Source: Takakia lepidozioides (taxonomy: Eukaryota > Plantae > Bryophyta). From it: a DNA stretch of 64,000 bases. The stretch lies in assembly GCA_030704615.1 (NCBI GenBank), contig CM060734.1:56544001-56608000 (forward strand), written 5' to 3'. Position numbers and translations under genes: made by a program. The notes under the pieces were generated by a model that ran no database searches, was not told where the DNA came from, and worked only from the letters and a program-made list of their open reading frames with translations. Shown here piece by piece: positions 54,230-64,000 of the stretch. Numbering within the stretch: position 1 is the stretch's first letter; every line of letters starts with the position of its first letter.

Positions 54230-56705
54230 ATTTTTGCCGGGCACCAAGGGGCTACACGAACAGGGGTGACATGCGTTGGGATAAAGGATCCGGGGTGACA
54301 CGAGCTATGAGCGACACAATCGGGGTTACACGGAGGGGATTGATACAGTATCGGTTACATGGTGGGGTTACAATGTGTGAGTTGCACATGAGGGTTACAC
54401 GAGGCGGAGCTAAAGGGCTGACATGCAGAGGGTTACATGGGGATGATGGAGTTACGAGGACTGGAGTTACGGAGAGGGGTATATGGGATAACATGATACA
54501 AGCTTACATTGGGGTACACGATGCAGGAGACATGGAGTGAGAGTTACACCCCGCGGAGTACAGAGGGTTACATGGGTTACAAAGGGTTACAGAGGGTCAT
54601 GGGGTCCATTGTTATAGAGGGTGACATAGGTTTACATGGGAGGGTTACATGGAGTGGAGGTTGACACTCAGCGGTTTACAGAGGGAATAAACGGGTTACA
54701 AAGGGTTACATGGTGGTGAGGATTACACCTAGTGAGGGTTTAACACCTGGTGAGGTTACAGAGAGCATTCACAGAGGGTCACATGGTTTTATGGCTGAGG
54801 TTACACAGGGGTGAGGGTGACACTCTACTGGTTACAGAGGGTTCATTAGGGGTTTACATGTTGGTGAAGGTACCCTGGTGAGGTTATAGGGGGCACATGG
54901 GGTTCATGGGTTTATAGAGGGTCAGAGAGGGTTACATGGAGTTAGGTTACAGGGGTTACATGGGTTCCACTACAGGGTCACGAAGGTTTACACGGTTACG
55001 CCGGGTTTAACGCAGGGTCACAGAGGATTACATGGTTGCAAGGAAGTGAGGGATCATAGGGATGGGGGTGACACTCTACGGTGTTACAGAGGGTTACATG
55101 GTGGTAAGGGTTACACCTAGTGAGGGATAGAGAGGGTCACAGAGGGTTACATGGGTTACAGAGGGTCAGAGAGGGTTACATGGAGTGAGGATTACATAGG
55201 GGTGAGGGTGACATTCTGCGGTGTTACAGAGGGTTACATGGTGGTGAGGGCTACAAAGGGTCACAGAGGGTTACATAGGTTACAGAGGGTTACATGGAGT
55301 GAGGGTTACATAAGGGGTGAGGGTGACACTCTACGGTGTTACAGAGGATTACATGGGTTACAGAGCCACGGAGGGTCACAGAGGGTTACATGGGGATGAG
55401 GGTGACACTCTGCGGTGTCACAGAGGGTTTGTGTGGGTTACGGAGGGTTACATGGTGGCGAGGGTGACACTCTGCGGTGTTACAGAGGGTTACATGGTGG
55501 TAAGGGTTACACCTGGTGAGGGATATAGAGGGTCACAAAGGGTTACATGGGTTACAGAGGGTTACAGAGGGTCAGAGAGGGTTACATGGAATAAGGGTTA
55601 CATAGGGGTGAGGGTGACACGTTACATGGGTTACAGAGGGTTACATGGTGGTGAGGGTTACATGGGTTACAGAGCCACAGAGGTTTGTGAGGGTTACATG
55701 GAGTGAGGATGACATGGGATGAGGGTGACACTCTGCGGTGTCATAGAGGGTTTGTGAGGGTTACAGAGGGTTACATGGTGGTGAGGGTTACATGGGTTAC
55801 AGAGCCACAGAGGTTTGTGAGGGTTACATGGAGTGAGGGTGACATGGGATGAGGGTGACACTCTGCGGTGTCATAGAGGGTTTGTGAGGGTTACAGAGGG
55901 TTACATGGTGGCGAGGGTGATACTCTGCGGTGTTACAGAGGGTTACATGGTGGTAAGGATTACACCTGGTGAGGGATATAGAGGGTTACAGAGGGTTACA
56001 TGGTGGTGAGGGTTACAGAGGGTCAGAGAGGATTACATGGAGTGAGGGTTACATACGGGTGAGGGTGACACTCTGCGGTGTTACAGAGGGTTACATGGTG
56101 GTGAGGGTTACAAAGGGTCATAGAGGGTTACATGGGTTACAGAGGGTCACAGAGGATTACATGGGTTACAAAGGGTTACAGAGGGTTACATGGAGTGAGG
56201 GTTACACTCTGCGGTGTTACAGAGGGTTACATGGGTTACAGAGGGTTACATAGGGTTACATGGGTTGCAAAGTGTTACAGAGGGTTACATGTAGTGAGGG
56301 TTACATAGGGGTGGGGGTGACACTCTGCAGTGTCATAGAGGGTTACATGGGTTACAGAGGGTTACATGGTGGTGAGGGTTACAAAGGGTCATGGGGTTAT
56401 ATGGGTTTCAGAGGGTTACATGGTGGGCGGAGTTACAGAGGGTTACATGGGGGTGATGGTTGAACCCGGGGCGGGGGTTACAGGGAACTGGCGGACTGCT
56501 GGAAGCGGCGGACTGGTGTCGCAGAACGACGACGCAGGGGGCGACGACGCCGATGGGATGAGGGCGGGGGTGGGGAGGGATTGACCGAGCCCAGCCGGCT
56601 GCCTTTCGATGTCTGCCGGAGGCAAAGAACCGGCGGTACGGGTGTCAGGGCTGGACCGTCCTGACGCGCTTGCATTAAGTTCTTACATTATTCTTATTAT
56701 CTTCA
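54230..56705 (-). repeat. Right long TIR: GGGTTACA/GGGTGACA array plus unique end
   Basis: Inverted counterpart of the left end. The peptides of ORFs 56478-56675(-) and 27869-28066(+) differ at one residue. The segment 54540-55080 is noticeably more degenerate. Confidence 0.93.
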
Positions 56706-57077
56706 ATCCCAAACCTCACACAAAATTTCAGGTGAATCTGCCAAAAAATTGGGGTATATTGGCATAAAGAGGTTCAACCCTCCCCGGCTGTATTGAAATT
56801 TGGGTTTCACGCTCCACTTACCTTCACGGGGGGTTGGTAGAACATGAGCACAGAAAAATGGAGGTTTGAGCACAAAAACACGATAATAGGGACCAATGTT
56901 TTCACGGAAATAGAATTCAAGCAAGAAACAGGATCCAACTTCCATGCATTATGCTCACTACAAATATATTTATAATTTATGTGATAAAGATAATTATATT
57001 ACTAGCTATAATAAATTTGATATCTTCCAATAAATGACTGAGTTTGCAGTTATTGAAAGAACTTGACTAATGAAAAC

Positions 57078-57695
57078 GCTTCTCATTATTTGACAATTGG
57101 GTCTTGAATGCGGGCACGTGTGGTTGTGGCGCCTGCGGGTGGCACGGGTGGCACAGGGGCCACACATGGTGGGGCGACCCCTATCGGGCGGGGTTAGTAT
57201 GGTGAGCCGCCCCTGGACGCGCGCAAGGGAAGCAAGAGGGGGAGCGATTCTGTCGGGCCCACAAAACACCTGAAGATATGTAGATAAATAATTAATTATT
57301 TACAGTAAGTAATGGCTAGTGTAATAGTAAAGAGCAACTTGCGACGAACATGAGATCTGTTGATCAAATCTTGGTAGGTGACATTGTGGTGATAAAGTGT
57401 GTTAATTATAAATGTATATGTTGTTTGAGGAGGGTCTGAAGGTTGGAGTTAGGCGCTCGCCAGTTGGAGTTAGTATGCCCGACTGAGTCGACTCAGTCCG
57501 CTCGCCAGTTGGAGTGAGTTTGTTGAGGGTTTAGCCAGTCCACTAGAAGGTCCACCGCCGTTAAAGAACTAGGACTTAGAAAAAAATCAGAATCTAGACC
57601 CCGTGAAAGGGGGGTGGGTTCATGAGCTCACCCCATGGGCAGTACTGGCGGGGCCCATAGGTGCATTCAAGACCCAATTATTAAAAATGAGAGCC
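57078..57695. mobile_element. 618-bp Mutator-type MITE
   Basis: 9-bp TSD AATGAAAAC at 57069-57077 and 57696-57704. The imperfect ~34-bp TIRs have a perfect 17-bp core AATTGGGTCTTGAATGC (57095-57111 and 57663-57679). Confidence 0.85.
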
Positions 57696-60490
57696 AATGA
57701 AAACATGGCATGAGACATAGTCAAAAACCAAAGAAATTTATAACATAATAAGCAAGTACTTGGATTTCATGGACCAAACTTAAAATACCGAGATAGTTAG
57801 GATAATTTTGGATCTGTCTATACTCTATACATGGGAAAAAAAATGAAATAAAGAAAAAAAAATCCCCCTGGAAATGAAACTTCAGTTTTTTGGCCCTAGC
57901 TGTGAGCTTTTCTTATCTTTACAAATCCTATCACAATATATACACTCGAAGATAAACTTCTTGTTATGATCATCGGGTTGGTCAACCCTTTGTTTTCAAC
58001 CAAGCCTCCTAGATGAGTACTTCGCACTAATCACATTCGTAGAGTTCTTCATGATAGGTCCGCCACGCTTCATGCACGTTGGATTTCTTTGTTTTACCAT
58101 TGTGCAGCCATGTGGAATCACTATTGCACAAGAGTGCCTTCAAGAATGGGAAGACTACAAGGTTTATTTGCATAGTGTAGGCATAATGATGTATACTCTA
58201 AAAATATTGTGGAGGCGATTGTCGCAAGATTGAGACTATAGACGAGTTGGAAGGGAAAAAAAACACACACAAATGAAAAGGAAAGATTTGACTAAGAAGT
58301 AGCTAGATTGGAACCGTAAACACAAATGCAAATGGATTCTCATATTATTTCACCGCAACTACAATGGCCTGTAAAGCAAGTGATTGAAAAGAAAAAAGCA
58401 AAGGAAAGTTGAGCAAAGAGAAATGTTGGTGATAATCTGCCTAAAATTGTTTCGCTAGCACACATTTCTTCAAGGAAACATTGGCGAAGTGCTTCCAGAT
58501 ATCATGGTGTACACACAAAAACAGGCTCTCAAACAACGTCGTGGAGCACCATGCCTCATCTGCGAAGCGATCATCGCAGGAGCGTGAGTTCCCAGCCCAG
58601 AAGTGCATGACATGAGTGTCACATTTGTGCATGGAGATGCATAAGATGTCATAAATGACATGCATGGTGATGGCATGAGGTGTGGCACATGCTTTATGTG
58701 TTACAGAGGCATTTGGTACAGGCAGTAGAGGCAAAACACATAGTCATACAGGCGATTCAAAATTTGAAATTGAACTTCTATATATTTTTTAATGGCACTT
58801 TAAAGGGGAATCAGAGCTCTTTCCTCTTGTCCCCAACAACTGACTCTTCAAAATAACCTACAAAATTCCTAACTGGAGGTTAAAAAAAAATCTGTATCTA
58901 GATAACTTTCATAGTTTTAAAAATTTTCAATAACCGCAAACAGTGGTCGTCCAATATTGCAAAAACGAAATAACCTGAGCGGTTGTCTCATTAATCAAAT
59001 AATCGCCCCAGCCCGGTATGGACAAACACACTTTCAAAGTTATGATACATACCGATTAGGCTTCACAACCACTTTGTTCACAATTCATGCCCCACTCTCT
59101 TACTGTGAGCGACTGAAATACGAAATTAACCCTACATCTTCATAAACTTCATTTGATGAGAAGAGCCTGTATTTTAAGGATTAGGTACAAATCGCCTCTG
59201 GGATGTATATCAAGGAGTTTTGTAAAATTGTCATGTGGAGTACCAAAAAAACATCCGTCAATTGAATCACCCATGCGTTAAACTACATTGGGTATTTGTG
59301 ATATGAGTGGGCACCTAAAAATTGTATAGTTTTCGAAATCTTAATTACTCAGCATTTTGAAGTCATGATTCATGAGTCTAGCTGCCTAATTTACTTACTA
59401 GATTTTATTATATTAATTTATTATTAATTATTACTTGCTAGATTTAGAGCCATACAAAAACTATAATATCCAATGGAAGAGATAAATCTAGAGCCATCAA
59501 TGACCATTGAATGCTTAGCTACTCTAACTTCTTTTTTTTTCTTTTTTTTTTAATTAAAACTCTAACCAACTACCAATGCCTGATCTGCAGTGCCACCAGC
59601 AACTTTTTTTGCGCACAGTTGTGAGTGCATAGTGGCTACTCTGCACACAACCGTGCCAACAGAGCCTAAGGACTGCTATGAACTCCAATGCACTCTGCCT
59701 AATCTACATAGCTCTGCTAAGCTGCAATGCTATTTGCTCAGCCTGCTAAGAAACATCACCGAAGTTTATACACACAACAATTTCTTGAAGTGTTTATTGC
59801 CTGATTGCACAAGTGTCTACTACTGATCTCGTCAAGGCCTTGCTCAAAGCTAATCGAGGGAATTAGAGAATCGTGTATGCAAGTGCTTTTACTCATTGTG
59901 TAAGTGTCTACCATAGATCCATGCACTTCCTTGCTGAAAGCTAGTACTCTACACAATCTCATTCCAAGTTTCTACTGCTCACTTGTGAACCTCTACTTTG
60001 TGGCAAGAGTTAGCAACAATCAACTCTTAGCCACCAACTCTACTACATTCACAAGAACCTCTGTAGATTGACAAAACGACATGGAACCCAGGCCATTGGC
60101 ATGCTGAAGTGAAATAGCTTCTAGAAAAAAAATCACATCCCTTACTCACAGCCAGATATGAATGTACAACAGGCAAACCACATGGAACTTAACTAACGTC
60201 AATAGTCACATCCCTAACTCACACCTAAGAATGGCATAGTGAAACCACATACAGCATCCATGCCATTCAATAGTGTAACAGTTGGCTGCTACTACTCAAT
60301 AACTTGACAACAACTCTGAAATGGGTGTCAAATAGCTACATCCTTACCCACTTGACCTAGATATTGTAGATCCATCTAGGATCCAGATTAGATATTGACT
60401 GCATAACTTCTTTGTATGGAGCTCACAGCCATGACCCTAGCAGCTGGCTTACCGGCATGATATTTTGCCATATGCCAACTTGAATCCCAG

Positions 60491-61400
60491 GTGAGCGATG
60501 GACGTAGTGCACGAATCGGGCTCAACGTTGGCGTACGAACGTACTTTACAACAGAGGACACTGCTGCAGGGCGGCCTCCTAGTTCCCAGACTCCTATGTG
60601 TCAGGCTGAGGGCTGTAAAGCAGCTCTCAGCACAGCCAAGCACTACCATCGGCGCCACACAATGTATGTTGTGAGTTTCACTCAAAAGCTTCAAATGTGG
60701 TAGCTGCTGGTCATACGTCTCAGCGGTTTTGTCAACAATGCAGCAGGTGTGTTCCATTGATCCTTAAAGTGTGCCAAGTATGACACTTCCATACAAGTTA
60801 GGAAGTTAGTTCCCAAAAACAAATCTTGTCCTATACTCTAGTATTTTTATCCAGTTTCATGTAATCTGACACTTCTAGATGGAGGGGGAGTGGTTTGTTA
60901 AGCTTCTAAGGATTATAAAACATAGTCTGAGAGTGCAAAAGATCTAACTTTGAGTTGACCAAAGAAAAAGAATTTGTGATAGGTCATTTCAAAGTAAAGC
61001 TAGATTTACTGGCTCAGTTCCTCACATTACCTTCTCACCAGCATCCTTAGTGCATCTCTAAGAGATGTTCTACTCTGTAGTTGAAAATCCTAGCATGAGT
61101 TTAATTTGTTTGGAGGTGGGCACAACTCAGGCCTTGTTCTTTCTTGTAGAGTTGAGGTGACTCTAACCTAGTAGATTTTGGAGGAAAGAGTTGATTTTCA
61201 AGGCCTTACAACTTGAACCTTGTTGCAATCCAGGCATTTTCGAATAGGTATGTTGTGTACATGCTTAGCGGAAGGAGCGATCTTTTGTTCAATATGAAAT
61301 AACAAGTCTCCATTTTTCCAGATTTCACCTACTGACTGAGTTTGACGAGGTGACTAGGAGCTGTAGAAAGCAGACCCCAAGACAATGCTTATGCACTTGA
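60491..61400 (+). pseudogene. SBP-box (SPL8-clade-like) pseudogene
   Basis: RIGLNVGVRTYFTTED and MCQAEGCKAALSTAKHYHRRH, then a frameshift near 60660, then CEFHSKASNVVAAGHTSQRFCQQCS. After the conserved intron (about 60748-61321) it reads RFHLLTEFDEVTRSCRK, then loses the HNxRRRK NLS and stops at about 61400. Confidence 0.8.
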
Positions 61401-61757
61401 AATGTGGGTCTCCAACCTCAGCCTTGCATGATGATTCTCACTGAGTGTGACTTCAGCTTCAGCAAACTCTTCAAATTCACAGGTTACTTAGTTCATTGTG
61501 CATTTCAAGTGTTTAGCAGGGCTCTAACCGCTTAGTGACCTTTCCAAGCTTTGAAGGCGTTCCAAGTCCTAATCCAAGTTTCCCTTTCACTTAGGGATAT
61601 CGGAATCCTTGGAGCACTGCCTACTATTATGCGCCAAACCATAAAAAATCTGGCCTTTCATCATCGCAATCTCCAGGACATGGCACGATAGCCCACTCTC
61701 AACAGTTCACAGGCCGCTAAAGTGTTGTTTTTTCCGGTAGAAATCGCAGTGTGACCA

Positions 61758-62151
61758 TGTTACTGCAAGTCATCAAGAGTTACGAGTTACACTGATTTAT
61801 TCCACGACGGAATATCTAAGTCAGAGGCCAACTAGGTTACACTAGGATTTAACGGAGACATGCAGTTGGCCAAGGTGTTGCTACTGCGTACTATTTACGG
61901 ATGGATAGTGCCAGCATTATTTTGAATTACTAGACTCCCGCCAGCGCCTAGCAATCGTTACTACGAATAGTATTTAGGCTTACTACATAGAGTCTTTGAG
62001 GTGCTGAAAACTTCTTTGTATGTTGATGCCTTATGGTGGAATTGCAATAGTGTAAGTAGTGTAAAGTGCTCTGATACCAACGTGTGTTTTGATTGCCTGA
62101 ATCTTTGAATTGCTGTTCTAGATAGTATTGTGTGCTTTGAGTTTTTCTACA
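61758..62151 (+). repeat. Putative 5' LTR (394 bp)
   Basis: Begins TGTTA and ends CA immediately before the PBS-like GTTTATGGGCCCA. The left boundary cannot be confirmed without the 3' LTR. Confidence 0.55.
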
Positions 62152-62164
62152 GTTTATGGGCCCA
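62152..62164 (+). promoter_or_regulatory. Primer-binding site of half-tRNAiMet type
   Basis: GTTTATGGGCCCA is one mismatch from GGTTATGGGCCCA, the copia/Hemivirus-type PBS complementary to the tRNAiMet anticodon arm. Confidence 0.7.
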
Positions 62165-62287
62165 CAAACGTTTGAAGCTCAGTCAGAGAGTGCTTTCGTG
62201 AACAATTTTATTTCTGAGAGTTCTTTCTTGATTTTGTTCACGAATGAAACTAGAACTAGTAGAGAGATCTAGGAAATAGCAGCAAAG

Positions 62288-64000
62288 ATGAGTTCAGCTA
62301 CCACATCGAAAGATGTGATGCATATAGAGAGATTTTCAGGAGAGAATTTTTCTCTATGGAAGTTTCAAATGATGATTCTCCTAAGAGCCAAGAAGCTATG
62401 GTCTCTTGTCAGTGGGAAGGATTTGAGAGCAGTGGCCTCGGATAAAGACGAATGGGATGATAGGGACAGCAATGTCTGCATGTATATTACTCAAGGAGTA
62501 GATACGAATCACCTGCAACAGTTGGTAAACTGCACAAACTCAGTAGAGATGTGGGCGAAACTAGTGGCAGTTCATGAGCAAAATGCTACCGAGAACATTC
62601 ATGTCTTACAAAGCAAGATGTATCATCTCAAGATGGAAGAAAATGAGAGCATCTCCAATTATATCAGCAAGATAGAACTGATGGCAAAACAGTTGAGTGA
62701 TCTTGGTGAGAAGATGACTGAATCAGCTATCATGGCAAAGATAGTGTGCACTTTACCTCCAAGCTATGAGAACATCTTAGATGCATGGGATAGTGTACCC
62801 GCTGCCGAGAGGACGTTGAACAACTTGCAATCTAGGTTACTCAAGAAAGAAACGTTGAGAAAAGCGCGAGGAAACAAGGAGGATGTCATGGATAAGGCTT
62901 TCTTCACAAAGCATGTCAAAGGAAGACATAACTCATCCACAAGCGGTGGAAGTTTTCTGACAAAGGAGCAGAAGAAGGAGAGAGCTGAAAGAATAGCGGA
63001 GTTAAAAAAGAAAACGAGGTGCAACACCTGCGGTGAAGTTGGGCACTGGGAGCGAGAATGTACGAAGAGTATTGCTGCTAACATAGTGGAATCCATTAAG
63101 ATGAGCGATGCCTATGCTGCCACTGCATTTCATCATGAAGAAATAGAGCGTGTCGATGATGGCTCAGTGACATAAGGAAGAAACACTGATCAGAACATTG
63201 TCAATGATCTGGTAAAGATTGTACATATTAGCAATGCTAATGCAGCAGTGTACAACAGCACGTCAATTGGAGAGAAAGTTGGCGATGAAGACGATATATT
63301 CTGGTACTCGGACAGTGCTGCATCTGAGCACATGACCAACAAGATGCAATGGTTCAAAAATCTTAAGAAGATTGAATCTCATGGGGAGTACAAGTTGCCA
63401 CTGATGTTATAGTATGGGTAAGTGGAATAGGGGATATAGATATCCTAACCCTAGCAGGAAGTGAGTGGAGAAAGGGAACAATATACAACGTGTTGTTTGT
63501 ACCCGACCTCAGAAAGAATCTGTTCTCAGTAGCGAAGGCTGTAGACAGAGATTACATCGTCATCTATGATAAGCGTACTTGTAAGCTGTATGCAAATCAG
63601 GGAAGGGAACCTCTTATGATGACTGGAGTGAGAGAGGAAAACCTTTGGAAACTGCAAATCAAAGTGATTACGGGAGAGTCTCTGCAAGCAAACATGGTAT
63701 TGTCGACGGATAATATTCAAACAAATGTGGCGGTGACAACTGAGGGAGCAAGTCTTCAAACGTGGCATGATCGACTTGGACACATCAGTGTCGACATGAT
63801 TAAACAAATGGAGAAAACACAGATCGTCGATGGTGTGAAAATACTGAACCCTAATGCAGATCTGGAGTTCTGTGAAGGTTGTGCCATGGGCAAGAATCAC
63901 AGAGTTGCGTTTCCAGTAAATGAAGAACGTGAGAGGGTTCAGACTCCTGGAGAGTTCTACCATGCTGATGTGTGTACAATGAATGTAGACTCGCATGGAG
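62288..64000 (+). pseudogene. Copia gag-pol (in-frame TAA at 63173-63175, frameshift near 63385)
   Basis: Motifs: IERFSGENFSLWKFQM; CNTCGEVGHWEREC; WYSDSAASEHMT (protease); NVLFVPDLRKNLFSV; TWHDRLGH...CEGCAMGKNHR; FYHADVC (integrase D1). Confidence 0.88.

Larger units (their letters stand above)
27839..56705. mobile_element. 28.9-kb foldback-type Mutator-like element (outer element)
   Basis: A 9-bp direct repeat ATCCCAAAC flanks it (27830-27838 and 56706-56714). The TIRs begin GAAGATAATA(G/A)GAATAATGTAAGAACTTAATGCAAGCGCG, with about 4 mismatches over the first ~240 bp, and continue into inverted repeat arrays. It carries a MULE transposase and an Ulp1 gene in convergent orientation. Confidence 0.93.
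61758..64000 (+). mobile_element. Ty1/copia LTR retrotransposon, 5' part (truncated by the window)
   Basis: Putative TG...CA LTR, PBS, gag with a CCHC knuckle, protease, then GAG-pre-integrase and integrase, in copia order. Confidence 0.92.

Noticed and set aside
56715-59200. A further host transposon into which the outer MULE inserted (with 27545-27838)
   Set aside because: The sequence looks TE-like, but I found no convincing TIR pair, TSD or coding motif.
63526-63996. 156-aa minus-strand ORF (also 62764-63096)
   Set aside because: Antisense shadow of the copia gag-pol frame.

Overview
Eukaryotic land-plant DNA with spliceosomal introns. It is probably a bryophyte or other seed-free plant, but the species cannot be fixed from sequence. 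Bases 1-25.3 kb hold four ordinary host genes: a DRMY1-like Myb gene (3' end runs off the window), an FHA/coiled-coil gene, an ankyrin-DHHC S-acyltransferase (PAT24/TIP1-like) and a DUF3598/BFA1-like gene. Bases 26.4-57.7 kb are a stack of Mutator-type elements. The largest is a 28.9-kb foldback-type MULE (27839-56705, 9-bp TSD ATCCCAAAC). Its kb-long inverted ends are built from a (T)GTAACCC motif, and it encodes a SWIM-MULE transposase and a Zn-finger/Ulp1-protease gene. Nested in it is a second 11.8-kb MULE (38472-50234, TSD (C)CCAGACCC). This inner element has its own transposase and a 10-exon cargo gene fusing a ParB/Srx-like domain to a bacterial-type beta-class N4/N6 DNA methyltransferase fold. 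The first intron of that gene holds an array of CGCCGGCG-centred palindromes. This module is the best candidate for an undescribed system. The window ends with a Mutator MITE, an SPL8-type SBP pseudogene and the 5' part of a Ty1/copia element. Family assignments come from motif recognition and recall, not from database searches.
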